This document shows positions 26,857 through 40,157 of a stretch of 64,000 bases of DNA, in pieces. Under the pieces are notes generated by a model. It had not been told where the DNA came from, made no database searches, and saw only the letters and a program-made list of their open reading frames with translations. Position numbers and translations under genes: made by a program. This stretch comes from Octopus sinensis (taxonomy: Eukaryota): positions 138,322,001 to 138,386,000 of the forward strand of contig NC_042998.1 of the NCBI RefSeq assembly GCF_006345805.1, given 5' to 3'. Every line of letters begins with the position of its first letter. Within the stretch, counting starts at the first letter, position 1.

Positions 26857-27952
26857 TTTATCGTCTGTAGTGAGCTATCAGCTTACTACAGGCTTCTTAG
26901 AGTGTCGAAATAAATACCTTGAATTATTTGTTCGAGTTCTTTGCATTCTGAGTTCAAATCGTGACGAGGCCAACTTTGCTTTTCATCCACCCCTGTCCTC
27001 GGTGTCGATAAAATAAAGTACCAGCCTACTACTGATATCTATGATTTCGTCTAACCTCACTTCCTACCTCCTGTACCGCACTATAAATTTAGGCTGGCCT
27101 TGTGGCTTAATTAGAAACAATTATAATTGTATCATCTTAGACAGCTACCTTAGTGCAGAGGCACTTTCTCTTTAGATCAGGATCCACAAAGCAGTTTCAA
27201 TTAGTATTGTGTTCTAATTCTCTAATTTTAGTTTCTATGTCTAGTATTATATTCTCAGTGCGGATCAATATGCAACTTCTTAAAATCGCTTTGGCATACT
27301 TGTCTAATCTCATACACATCTTGATGTCTTTGCTGAAACTATGAACAATTTTTGGTAAGGTTTCCCCACCACCATCGTCGCTGCCACCACCCTCACCATC
27401 ACTACCATCGTCGTCATCATCATTTCTTTCCTAGTAATCTCATTATTATTTTACACATGCCAATGCAGCTCGTGTGTATGTGTAGTACTGTTTTTGTTTT
27501 TGTATTTTACTTATAGTATTGAATGTACAGTACCTCGCATTGCTATGTCATGTAAGCTGTGTATATTTGCAAGTTCCAAGGATTTGGTTATGTTTTTGAC
27601 TTACATATCTTTTTGTAATAATTCTCAGGGAGCTATCAGAATAAGGATTGATTCTGTTTTCAGTCCACACGTTTTTGGTTAGTTCCTAGACATTTTAAAT
27701 TGCACATAGTTATTTCTGCAGGCATCTATTTTCTTTGTTTATTTCGTTTCAAAATGGATGGCTCTATAGACAAAAATACGTCACTTAAACGCACATACTC
27801 GGGTTTAAGCATAAACATTTATAATCACAATTAGAAAAGCCGTCAACCTCTTCAGAATATAGTTAAAAACGTCAATTTAAATTACAGAAACATTATAAAT
27901 TAAAAAAAAACACCATTCACCAATTACAGCAATTAATATTTTGCTAGCAATA

Positions 27953-28411
27953 AAGGTGGCAAGCTGACAGAATCGTTAGCAGGGCAGGAAAATGCTTAGC
28001 GATATTTCGTCCGTCCTTACGTTCTGAATTCAAGTTCCGCCGGGGTCGAGTTGGCCTTTCAGCTTTACGAAGTTAATAAAAATAAGTACAAGTTAATCAC
28101 TGATATCGATTTAATCGACCTGGCCCCCACCTTCACCCAATTACTACTTTGTGCCAAAATTTGAAGCCAATATTTTGCTAGCAAAAAGGCAGCTAATTGG
28201 CAAAATCTTTAGCACACCAGGCAAAATGCTTAGCGGCATTTCGTCCGTCTTTGCGTTCTGAGTTCAAATCCACCGGGGTCAACTTTCCCTTCATCCTTTC
28301 GAAATCGAGAAAATCAGTACCAATTGAGCAGTGGGGGTTGATATAATCGACATAATCCTTTTCCTAACTTGCTAGCTTCGTGCCAAAATTTGAAACCAAT
28401 ATTTTGCTAGC
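27953..28411 (+). mobile_element. SINE family A dimer
   Basis: Two full copies; ATTTTGCTAGCA precedes, separates and follows them. Confidence 0.85.
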
Positions 28412-28690
28412 AGTCTGCATTGTGTTCATTCATCAGTTTTATTAACTTGCCTTAAAGTTTGGGGGAACGCTTTTGTTCCACCGCTAGCTATGGCTGTGTG
28501 GTTTAAGAAGTTCCCTTCGCAACCACGTGCTTTCGGATTCAGTCTCATTACGTGGCACCTTAAGCAAATATCATTCGCTTTACTTGAAGACGGTGATCAG
28601 TCTGGGGCTGACCAATGCCTTGTGAGTGAATTTGTTTGACGGAAACTGGATAGAAACCTGTTATTTATGCAGGCATATATATAGAGAGAT

Positions 28691-29140
28691 GTAGGAGTGG
28701 CTGTGTGGTAAGTATAGGCGTAGGAGTGGGTGTGTGGTAAGTAGCTTGCTTAACAACCACATGGTTCCGGGTTCAGTCCCACTGCGTGGCACCTTGGGCA
28801 AGTGCCTTCTACTATAGCCTCGGGTCGACCAAAACCTTGTGAGTGGATTCGTTAGACGGAAACTGAAAGAAGCCCGCCGTATATATGCATGTATATATGT
28901 GTGTATGTGTATGTGTGTGTGTGTGTGTGTTTTTTGTGTGTCTGTGGTTGTCCGCCCAACATCGCTTGACAACCGATGCTGGTGAGTTTACGTCCCCGTA
29001 ACTTAGCGGTTCGGCAAAAGCGACCGATAGAATAAGTACTAGGCTTACAAAGAATAAGTCCTGGGGTCGATTTGCTCGAATAAAGGCAGTGCTCCAGTAT
29101 GGCCACAGTCAAATGATTGAAACAAGTAAAAGCGTAAAAG
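28691..29140 (+). mobile_element. tRNA-derived SINE, family B (CCTTGGGCAAG CORE-like motif, internal microsatellite)
   Basis: TGGCTGTGTGGTAAG / GGTTCAGTCCC boxes, ACCTTGGGCAAG, internal (TG)n, GAAACAAGTAAAAG tail; duplicated 5' start. Confidence 0.88.
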
Positions 29141-29279
29141 AATATATACACGTATACGTGTTTGTATGTGTGTGTGTGTTTGTGTGTACCTCAACCGCTA
29201 GACAACCAGTTTTATTTTATGTACATCCTCGAAACTTAACGGTTTGGCAACAAGAGACAATAGGATAAGTATTCTCTCT

Positions 29280-29509
29280 TTTCTTTTACTCTTTTACTTG
29301 TTTCAGTCATTTGACTGCGGCCATGCTGGCACCGCCTTTAATCGAGCACCGCCTTTAATCGAGCAACTCGACCCCGGGACTTATTCTTTTGTAAGCCCAG
29401 TACTTAATCTATCGGACTCTTTTGCCGAACCGCTAAGTAGCGGGGACATAAACACACCAGCATCGGTTGTCAAGCAATGTTAGGGGGACAAACACAGACA
29501 CACAAACAT

Positions 29510-29606
<97 letters not shown>

Positions 29607-29772
29607 TACGACAGGCTTCTTTCAGTTTCCGTCTACCAAATCCACTCACAAGGCATTGGTCGGCCCGAAGCTATAGCAGAAGACACTTGTCCAAGATGCC
29701 ACGCAGTGGAACTGAACCCAGAACTATGTGGTTGGTTAGCAAGCTACTTACCACACAGCCACTCCTGCGCCT
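29280..29772 (-). mobile_element. SINE family B, inverted relative to the 28691 copy
   Basis: Reverse complement of the same family; internal (TA)n; 17-bp tandem duplication ACCGCCTTTAATCGAGC. Confidence 0.88.
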
Positions 29773-30296
29773 AGTCTTAAAATCTAAGAACTGGGGTCGA
29801 TTTGATCGGCTAAACTTATAAAGCGATGCTCCGGTATGGCCGCAGTCGCATGAGTGAAGCAAGTAAAAAAATAACTTATATAACTGTGTGTATGCATCAA
29901 CACATGTCCTAATCCATGTTAAGGAACCATGTGTATAATGAAAGTGTATATAATAAAAGCCAAGTGTATACAATGGCTTCAAATTTTGGTACAAGGTCAG
30001 CAATTTCAGAGGAGTTAAGTCAATTCATCAACCCCAGAAAGAATAAAAGTCAAAGTCAATCTCGGCGGAATTTGAACACAAAACGTATAGATTGACAAAA
30101 TACGTTAAGCAGTTTGCCCGGCGTGCTGACGATTCTGCGAGCTCACCTTTTAAAGTGTATATAATAAAGTATGAAAAATAAAAACCAAATGGTAAAGCTT
30201 GGCCAAGAATATCCATAATCCTCGATCTTAATAATAATTTACGGGATGTACGCACAAGGGCGAGAATGTAAACAGTAACGTAGTTATTCATTCTCA

Positions 30297-30860
30297 ACGA
30301 CATGTATTCATAGCACACGCGACTCATTAAAGTAAAGGAGCTTTGGGACACCACAACCTCGACCTTATTGTATCTCTTCAGTCAAAGCTAAACTAGGATC
30401 AGTGGATCTAACAAGAATACTTACTCTTGTTTATAGAAATCAGCAAACAAATTATTTGTTGATGCGTAATGATAATTATCAAAACGATAGTATTTCATGG
30501 AACGCACACAGAACAACAGGAATCCAAGCAATAAGTTATCTATTCATTCTCAATATGTTCTGGCAGACTCAAACGTGAATATGCTGAGCGCCGTTATATT
30601 TCGTCATCGGAGAACATCTCTTTATTTTTTATGAAGTGCGGTAATCTTTTGAGAATCATAGATCCTGGTTAGCTGTGACTGAAGAGACACCTCGTGAATA
30701 TACTGAGCGCTGTTATATTTCGTCATCGGAGAACATCTCTTTATTTTAGATTGATTCAGGTAAGCTTTGATTGAGGAGACATCAAAAGTTTAACGCACCG
30801 CGGTGTCTCAAGACCCCCTTACGTCAATGAATTGCGTGTATTATGAGCATACATCGTCAA
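30297..30860. mobile_element. Old MITE-like element with diverged ~57-bp inverted ends and an internal 55-bp direct repeat
   Basis: 30297-30354 roughly matches the reverse complement of 30800-30858; CGTGAATA..CTCTTTATTTT occurs at ~30574 and ~30693. Confidence 0.55.
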
Positions 30861-30863
30861 AAG

Positions 30864-31188
30864 CAGTGGTTTCCAAAGTGGGCGGTACTTGCCCACTACA
30901 CATACACTGGGGCGGTGGAACGATACAAAGATGTGTTGAAGAAAAGTGGGGTGATAATGGAGTGTCGAAAAGGGAGCGATGGATGTAAAAACAAGTAAAT
31001 AGTGGGTTAATTAGGTCAAGTTTCATTTGTGAAACACAGTTGTTTTGAATTTGCTGCAGAAAGTGGTCGGTGTTTGCAGTGGTGAGTGTGTGGGGAGGGG
31101 GCTAGGAATGTGTCTCCTCGGTCAAAGCTAACCCGGATCAATGATTCTAAAAAGATTAACACAGCCTGAAAAAGTTTAGGCACCACTG
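30864..31188. mobile_element. hAT (Charlie-like) MITE
   Basis: Ends CAGTGGTTTCCAAA..TTTAGGCACCACTG; 8-bp flanks GTCAAAAG / GTCTAGAG (NTCTAGAN-type TSD, 6/8 match). Confidence 0.8.
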
Positions 31189-31854
31189 GTCTAGAGGGCG
31201 AAGATATTCTTCGATGATGGACTGCAGCAGCAATCAGCACTCTCACGTTCAAATCTGTCACAACGTATTGAGATGAATAGTTTGCGTTATTGCTCCGATA
31301 TTGGATCTACATTGAAAAAACAAAGAACAAAATGAAAAACTTTTACGTTTATTCATCTTTCCAGGTAAATGCCGCTCACGTCCTCAAAAAATGCTTTATA
31401 GAAATCTAGGAGGGGAGTGCTCCAGTGAGTACTTTTGCAGTGATCCCATGACAAAGCTCCAAGTGCGGCCCGACGTCGACCAACAGCCTACACTTCACTC
31501 GAGACCTGGGTTGGTGTGCCTCATATAATTACTGAGACCACAAATGCTAATAATAAATCATCGATCCTTCCACGGCCATTATTATCACCAGGTATAGTCT
31601 CACCGCCACCCATTACCGTCTTCATCACCACCACCACCATCACCAACACCATCGCGACCACCATCACTACTAGCATTATCATAATCACAACCAATACCAA
31701 AGTAGTCACCATCACCTCCACCACCATCAGTACCATCACCACCCAAGTCACCACGGTCATTACCACTATCACCATCATCACCATCAACACTAACACCATC
31801 AGCGCTACACGGCTAAATCCACCACCAACCAACCACTACTACCACTTGCCACAA

Positions 31855-31885
<31 letters not shown>

Positions 31886-31915
31886 AGTAGTAGTAGTAGT
31901 AGTAGTAGCAGTAGC

Positions 31916-31950
<35 letters not shown>

Positions 31951-32453
31951 ACTGTTGATGTTGATGCTGATGTGTATTAGCTCACAGTGTGTTGGTGATG
32001 CGTGAAGAGAAACGGGGATGGTGTAAGGTAATGGCCAGGTGTCGGCGACGGCGGCGGCGGCGGTGACGGCTGTAATGGTGGTTTTGGTGGGAGTAGGGAG
32101 GGGATCGGTGGAGCAACTCCGCCGGCACGTGTGCTTAAACATCAAGTCTTTTAAGCATTGATTTATAGTTGGTTTTGTATTTTTTTTTTATATATATAGT
32201 TTTTATTGTTTATCAGGGCTTAATCGCAGACAGTGCAAACAGTAACAACAACTATAACAATACTGACAACAACGATAAGGTAAAAAAAAAAAAACCATGA
32301 GTATAAAGAAATATATTTAAAACACACACAAAAAAAAAAACGACCGTAAACTAGAAGAAAAAAATAACAAACAAACATTATCAGTGATACAATTCATTAG
32401 CTGAAATACAATTAGAGTTCAATAAAACCATACTGAGATCGAATATATATATG

Positions 32454-32519
<66 letters not shown>

Positions 32520-32595
32520 TATATACACACATATATATATGTATGTGTGTGTGTATACAAACACAATTTCTTTACATACTCACATATATATTCTG

Positions 32596-32637
<42 letters not shown>

Positions 32638-33469
32638 TGTCCCCTCTATATATGTATGTATGTATATATATACATACAGACATATATGTATGTGTGTGTA
32701 TTTGTGAATTATATATATATATATATATTATAAATATATAATCCTGTATATGTGTGTGTGCGTGTGAGAGTACATACATATATATCATTTACATACATAC
32801 ATGTATCTATGTATGTATGTATGTGTGTATGTATGTATGTGTGTATGTATGTATGTATGCAAGCTATAGAAGTATATGTGAATATACGTAATATAGGTAT
32901 ATATATATGTATATGTGTGTGTGTGTGTGAGTGTATGTGTGTATGGTATGGAGAGAGAGAAAGAGAGAGAGACTATACACACTCACGTGCACGTATGCAT
33001 ACACACATAGAGTAACAGTAAATTACACTCAGTTACACACACACATACACTCACACATACACACACACACACGTATACACACAAACACACACAACACAAC
33101 ACACGCATACATAAGCACGCGCACACGTTTTATGAGCCTGATTCGTAATTTTCATTTCTGTCTTATTTTTAAACATCGATGTAAATACAACGGTAGTGAT
33201 GGCGGCGGCGGCGGAATTGATATCGGTGGCTAATGGCGGAGGATGTCGTCTTCATAGTTGTCTACCTCCAGATCAGCCCTGTGGCGACCTGAGAAATATT
33301 ACCACAAGCCTTTCCTATCATTACAATCCCGTATTTCTTTTTGGTCATAGTGTATCTAGGACTACATTACCTTACGTTTCCTTTCTTTATTGAAACGGTA
33401 CGGTTTAATCGGAAAGAGATTTAGCTGCTATTTCCATCAGACCGTACGACGGTATTACCTTTTATATTT

Positions 33470-33790
33470 CACTTGTTTTTGTTATTGGGCTGCGGCCATG
33501 CTGGAACACTGCCTTGAAGGGCTTAGTCGAAAAAATCGACCCTAGGTCTTGTTTTAAGCCTGGTACTTATACTATCGGTGACTTTTTCCAAACCGCTGAT
33601 TTACAGAGAGGTAAACAAACCAACACCGGTTGACAGGTGCTGAGAGACAAACACACACGCACACATGCACGACAGGCTTCCGCACAGTTTCCATCTACCA
33701 AATTCACTCACAAGCCATTGGTCGACCCGAGGCTATAGTAGAAAGCACTCACCCAAGGTGTCACGTGGTTGCAGAGTGAGCATCTTAATC
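33470..33790 (-). mobile_element. SINE family B, diverged
   Basis: GCGGCCATGCTGG..TTTCCATCTACCAAATTCACTCACAAG..CCCAAGGTG. Confidence 0.75.
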
Positions 33791-33821
33791 ATTTGGCTTT
33801 GACACGATATAAAGTATTTCT

Positions 33822-34080
33822 AAGGTGGCGAGCTGGCAGAAACGTTAGCACACCGGGCGAAATGCTTAGCGGTATTTCGTGTACCGGTATTTCGTGTACT
33901 GAGTTCAAATTCCGCCGAAGTCGACATCGCCTTTCATCCTTTCGGGGTCGATTAAATAAGTACCAGTTACGCACTGGAGTCGATGTAATCGAATTAATCC
34001 GTTTGTCTGTCCTTGTTTGTCCTCTCTATGTTTAGCCCCTTGTGGGTAGTAAAGAAATAGGTATTTCGTCTGCCGCTACG
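33822..34080 (+). mobile_element. SINE family A with the start of a second unit
   Basis: Full copy followed by the GAAATAGGTATTTCGTC junction also seen at 26496 and 26681. Confidence 0.88.
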
Positions 34081-34440
34081 TCAGCCATTTATGAACCGCT
34101 TCTCGCGTTTCTTCATCCATATAAAATCGGCGATCTCGTGAAGGATACTTTAGCGATCCAAAGAGGTAATAGTCAGAAGGGGCGAGATCTGGACTGTATG
34201 CGGGGTGTTTCAACAACTCGAAACCCGATTTGTCGATGGTTTCAATGGTGTGGGCAGTCGTATGTGGGCGTACATTATCGTGCAACAACAACACTGGCGT
34301 ACATTATCGTGCAACAACAACACTGGCGTACATTATCGTGCAACAACAACACTGGCGTACATTATCGTGCAACAATAGACCTGGGCGTTTGGTGCGAATT
34401 GCTGGTTTCAATTTGTTGACCAGCATTTCACTGTAGCCTG
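34081..34440 (-). mobile_element. Mariner transposase fragment (pseudogene)
   Basis: LLLHDNVRPH..HPAYSPDLAPSDYYLF mariner catalytic-region motifs. Confidence 0.9.
34267..34375. repeat. 29-bp tandem repeat, ~3.8 copies
   Basis: GGCGTACATTATCGTGCAACAACAACACT starts at 34267, 34296 and 34325, with a partial copy at 34354. Confidence 0.95.
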
Positions 34441-34444
34441 CGGC

Positions 34445-35590
34445 GATACAATTTGACGGGACGAATCCAACCCATGAGTTACAGTTGCACTGCGGGTTTG
34501 ACATACGATGGCATTAAGCAAATCGTTAATGTACGGATTGAAGAGTGTGAGCGATACAACCAAGCTGTGGAGATTACCAGTGTTGATGGAGCGTGGGTTA
34601 GAGAAAGCCCTTGTGTGCATGCTTAGATAGGGCGATTTTATAGGAATTTCAAGCTCATGAGTCAAAAGTTGAACGAACCCTATTTGAAGGTAATTTAGTC
34701 TGGAGAGCTTTATGCCAGACACAGTTAAGTCTTTTGTTATGTCAAGTGCAACGATGTGGTTTTTGCAGAATTTTTCAAGGGCGAAAATCCAAATTTTCAA
34801 TGGATTTGATTCTACGGAAGAACGAGATTTAGGAGAATAGGGCGATAGTTGGTGCAGTCAGAGAAGCACATTATAGCTAAAAAAATCATGAGAGATTCCA
34901 CTAAAGAGAGCAGGGTAGATTGGTTTGACGAAACTAGATGTTAGCTGTGGCGCATAGTTTGTGAGAAATCGTAATGGTCTGGGACTAATGCATTGTCAGA
35001 GCTGATGACCGTGTTGCTTTGAAAGTTTGGTAACTTGGAAAAGAGTTTTGATGGAATTTTCCGTGTTTGTGCAACGTGGTGTTAGTTGTAAATTGGACAG
35101 CAAAGTTGAACAGAATTTAGGAGACAGAAGAGTTTACTGGTTGTGGAAAAGCTAAGACCAATAATCTTCAATGGTACTCTCAATTGAAAAATACAAGTGA
35201 GTTTTGGTTAAGGTGAAAGCATCTTTTGCTTTACAGGCAGTAGTCTTTATGAGTATCAGTATTTAGTAATAGCCACCAAGTTGATAGATATATGTGTAAT
35301 ACACTTCAGGTTTTGTAGGAATATTTTTAGCTTGCACTGCGGCAGCACAGCTTGGTGTAAATCATTTGAAAGTATTTTGGAGGAGATAATGAGATTGGAT
35401 GTGTAGAGAGTGTGAAGGAACATGCTCATGGAGGATGGTTTTGGTCACCTTCTTTGCTAACTAGGACGAGTCCAGAGTGAAGCAGGAGTACTTAGCATAA
35501 AACTGATGTGGCTCCGGCTACTTAACTGACTTGAAGTGGTAAAGGCACTGGGAGGAGACGGATATCGTATATAGATATCTGGTGTACACA
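34445..35590 (-). pseudogene. Degraded CR1-group LINE RT region
   Basis: NYRPI (~34840), VALDITK and LFNPYINDLL remnants. Confidence 0.6.
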
Positions 35591-35769
35591 ACGACTAGGA
35601 ATAAATAATGAGACGATAATTTCTTTTTTTTTTTCTTGTTACCTTGCATTGCATGCATTGATATTTGTCGTTGATTTTAACATATGTATTCCCTTCTTCC
35701 ATTTTGTAATCAACAAAATCAAAATACTTCGTTTGAAACCATCTATCTGAACAGTGAAACTCTACTGGA

Positions 35770-36476
35770 TTCATCATCCTCAATAACAACAACCCTTGGA
35801 GATTATGTCGCGCATCCAAAGACTCGTAGAGCCGGTTACCCAGTTTCCGTGACGTACAAGTGACCGAGATCACAAAACTCTCCCAGGACGAGACGCCTGT
35901 CCGTCTCGTTTTTTTTTTAAGCATTCGCTCGTTACAAGGTCCTTAGACCACTGAAAACGCAAGAACCACTAGAATAAAATGAACGCTAGACGGAAGTCAT
36001 TAGGTGACGATGTACATTAGACTTAAAAGACAGGAGGTCATATTGAAGAGGAAAACAAGACTGCAGAAGGGAATTCTAAAGTTCAAAGGTGCGAGGGAAA
36101 AAACTGGTACTGTAAAGTGGTTTACGACACTTAGAAGGTTGCACAATATACTGATGAGAACTGGATGCAAGTCTAGTTGATCGCTGATAAGTTCTTAAAG
36201 GAGGAACCAGAGAAGAGAGCTCAGCTGAACAATGTCCATGAAAATACTTATAGAAAAGAGACAAGGAAGCCACACGACGACGATGAGAGAGCGAATCCAA
36301 TTTAGAAGATAGATCAGGAACAATAGCATTACAAATACTCATGAGTGGACTGGAGTGACATGAAATGAAATGAAGTGTTTTGCTCAAGAACACAACGTAT
36401 CTCCCGGTCCAGGAATCGAAACTGCAATATCACGATCGTGAGTGCAACACCCTAACCACTTGGCCATGCACCTTCA
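35770..36476 (-). mobile_element. tRNA-derived SINE interrupted by a CR1-group LINE 3' fragment (~35909-36341)
   Basis: SINE head at 36342-36476 (TGGCCAAGTGG..GTTTCGATTCC on minus) and body at 35770-35908; between them LDSLSHRRRVASLSLFYKYFHGHCS..SFFPRT and an A-tail. Confidence 0.7.
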
Positions 36477-38099
36477 TTACTCGATTGTACCCTGTTACAA
36501 ACCATAATACAATCGATAAGTGGAAAAATCAAAATCAATGAACGTTTAGTTTTAAAAATTATTTTGATATAGAATTTTTTTAATATCTTCAAAAAACAGG
36601 AGAAAGAAAAAATGTACAGGTACAACATTGATTTTCCGAAACCTTTGGTTCCAAAGCTTTTCCGAATTTCCGATTTTTTTCCCGAACCAGCGATTGGGCA
36701 CCTTAGTCAACACACTCTAAATTAAACAAATGTTAAATATACATAATGAAATGAAATATAAGTACCTATACATTACTATAAATTATGCAAATTTATTAAT
36801 ACTGTATTATGCAGTCTACACAAGGTATGTATAAACTAGTGTGGCGGCTGCAAAAATTTGAAATACTGTTCGTAAATTTGTGAGGATTATAAGAGATCCC
36901 CGATCATCAGTGTCCTGTAAGTCGGTGGTGATCCTGTATTATTAAAACCTGTTCCTTTAAAAAAATGTACTTTTTTCACTTTAGTATTTAACTGAAGTGA
37001 AAAAAATGTACTTTTTTGACTTTAGTTTTTAACTGAAGTGGGATACGAAACCCCAACTACGGACTTAAGATGTGAGTTATTGATCCTCAGTTGTATGACT
37101 CAGCAGGATGTTAAAACATTTCTTACATGCATCACCAACAGATATTCATTACTAGTCGGAGTTAAATAAACATTATAGCTTCAAAAAACTTAACCGTTGC
37201 CGTCTTACATTATAATGAGATTGAAATTTGCTTTCAAGACCCTTTCTGAAAGAAACAACAGCAAAAAAAAAATAATAATAAATAAAAAATAAGAGAAAGA
37301 AATAAAAGAAAGAAAAGATGATTTATAATCGAATGATTCTAAGGTTTACTATAGGGAGGCAATTTTTGTAGACTTTAAATTTTAATGCTTAAAAACTCAG
37401 AATGATGTCCCTGCTCATGAAACTGATACAGACATTATATTGAAGTGAAGACATTAAAGTTCAAACACGACCATTGTTTGAAGAAAAAGGCTGTTATTTG
37501 ATCTTATTGGTGTGGTTTACCAAACTGATGAAATTTATTCGAAAAAATTTTACCAGTAATTAAATTCTATTATATTTTTTTCATTAGCTTTCTTCAGAAT
37601 TCTAGTTAAAAATTGTCAAAAATTTATCATGGGGTGTTTCTAATTAAAAACAGCTGCGTTTATGAAATATTTTTGAATAGTTTTTATTTAATTTTGTTCT
37701 ACTTCTTTATCTCATATTTGTCGTTTATTTGTATCGTAGAAGGATGTTATTTAATGTAAGAAATTACGTTCTTGTTCAACACTGACCTTGTGTCACACAC
37801 ATTGCCAGAAATTTACCATCTGAAATGGTAACTATAGAGAAAGACTTCAGATTCAAACTCGCTTCTAATAAACTGAATCAGCATGACTCCTTAAAGTCGG
37901 AGATTTAACTTTAAAAGAAAATGGCGTCCTTTAACAAAACTGTCGTCCCATGTTTGTGTGTTTCTGTGCGTCCATTTTAAACGTCCGTTACATATAAACT
38001 CCACGGGATAGCCACAGAACTCCCAAAGGAAAATCCATCTCATGAGAGAAAGCGAGAGAGGGGGAGGGAGAGAGAGATGCGTGGTTGGGAGAGAAAACG

Positions 38100-38359
38100 A
38101 TGGCAAGAAGATGGTAAAGATGATAACGATGATGATGATAATGATAATGATGATGATGATAATGACGACGATGACAACAACGACGATGACAATGAAGAGG
38201 AAGGAACTGAAGGCAGGAAAGAAAGGAAGAAGAGAAGAAGAAGAAGAAGAAAGAAGAAGAAGAAGAAGAAGAAGAAGAAGAAGAAGAAGAAGAAGAAAAC
38301 TAATTGCGATGAGGACAATGACCATGAGGATGATGATGGTGACGATAACGACAATGGAA

Positions 38360-38423
<64 letters not shown>

Positions 38424-38974
38424 GAAAGAAAGAGAGAAAGAAAGAAAGAAAAGAAAGACAGAAAGAAAGAAAGGGGTAGGATGATGCGAAGGTGACGTAG
38501 AAAGGTAGGAGAGAAGGAGGCTGGGGGGATGTCGGAGGGGACAAAGAGAACGTTTAAGAAGAGACGAGTTTTTGTATCAGTCAGCAGCCGACAGAGCGAG
38601 CCATCGCCATTTACTGCCGTAGCCAACTGTCCGTTGTCAGCAGTATTTGATTATATGATGTGATTTCACGTAAACAAATCCCTGTCATTAATACCATGTC
38701 TCGTTTGTTTGTGTTTAGTAGTTGATTATTGCTAGATTAGGAAGGCTGTCAACGCTACGAGATCGACAGGCAAATGATACAGTGAGCAATGGAGGACAGC
38801 GTGAGTGGGAAGAAGGGAGTAAAAGAGGGGCTCACAAAACGAAAATATGAACGCATCCTCTTTCTTTATCTCCCACTCTCTTTGTCCCCCTCTCTTCTTT
38901 GTTCTTTCTCTTCTTTGTCCCCTCTCTCTTCTTTGTCCCATTCTTCCTTTCTGTTTTTCCTTTGTCCCTTTCTG

Positions 38975-39042
<68 letters not shown>

Positions 39043-39706
39043 CTATCATCTATTTATCTATCTATCTATCTATCTACCTGTCTATTTATCTGTACCTCCC
39101 AATCTCTCTTTTTTTCTTTCCCACACCCCTTCCTCTCCTTCCTCATTTTGTCTGTGCAAATGTTTCCCCTACATTGTAACTGATCTTCTGTTCTCTTCAT
39201 CTCTTCTATACATACTTAGATTCTCACTTTTCCTTCTCTTAATCTCTCACTCCCCCTTTCTCTCCTTTCCCTTCTTTCTTCCCACTGTTTTTGTCTTTCC
39301 CTCTCTACAAGCAATCTGTCTTTTCCTCTCTTTTGTCTCCTCTTCTTTCCCGTCATTCTTTCTCTCTTGTATCTCCCTTATTCTCACTTCTTTTCTCTTT
39401 TTCTCTCCCCATCTGCTATCCCTCTCTTTTCATTTTGGAGTTCCATATTAGAATTTAACTTACCCTATGACAACGTTCTGACACCCACTTCCTAATTCTC
39501 TCGGTTGCATTCAGGACTCATTGATGATGATGATGATTATGCTGATGATGATGACCACGACGACGACGACAGCACTAAAGACAGAACTAAAGAAGGACAT
39601 AACAAAAGTTTTTACGATGTTGAAGATGGTGATAAAGATGACTATGATAGTAATTATGTTTTCACTCCGGATGACGACGCTGCTGTTGATACTGACGGTG
39701 ATGATG

Positions 39707-39763
<57 letters not shown>

Positions 39764-39860
39764 GTGGTGGAGGTGGTGGTGGTGGTGGTGGTGATGGTGG
39801 TGGTGGTGGTGATGATGACAACGACAATGATGACGATAACGATGACAACGATGATGAAGT
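38100..39860. repeat. Representative compound microsatellite and low-complexity block
   Basis: (GAT)n, (GAA)n, (GAAA)n, (CT)n, (CTAT)n and (GGT)n. Similar (TA)n, (CA)n, (TATG)n, (TAGA)n, (TAA)n and (TAG)n tracts occur throughout the window. Confidence 0.95.
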
Positions 39861-40157
39861 TTTACATTTGCTTTCAGGATCTCCTCATTCTACCCATAAC
39901 CATTCGTATTTCTGATCATCTAATATAATTCCCGCCAGGTTATGTGTATTTATGGTCAGATTTTTCAAATCCTGACGGTATTGATCTTGCCATTTACCTC
40001 ACTTCTTTGCAGTAGATAAGTACCAGTCATGTACTGGAATTCACTGAAAGAATTTCTCCAAAGTTTGTGGTCGTGCACCACCGTTAGAAACTACAATCAA
40101 AGACAATGTATCAAAAGAAACTGCAACGCATCGTATTATTTATATTTCAGTGTGTAT

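Noticed and set aside
34267-34375. CRISPR-like 29-bp repeats
   Set aside because: No spacers, no cas genes, eukaryotic context, and the unit is transposase sequence.
36960-37040. ~40-bp tandem duplication (also the 10-bp and ~125-bp repeats at 49690-49912)
   Set aside because: Real but ordinary slippage products with no further structure.
39505-39915. Asp/Gly-rich ORF
   Set aside because: Derived from (GAT)n and (GGT)n.
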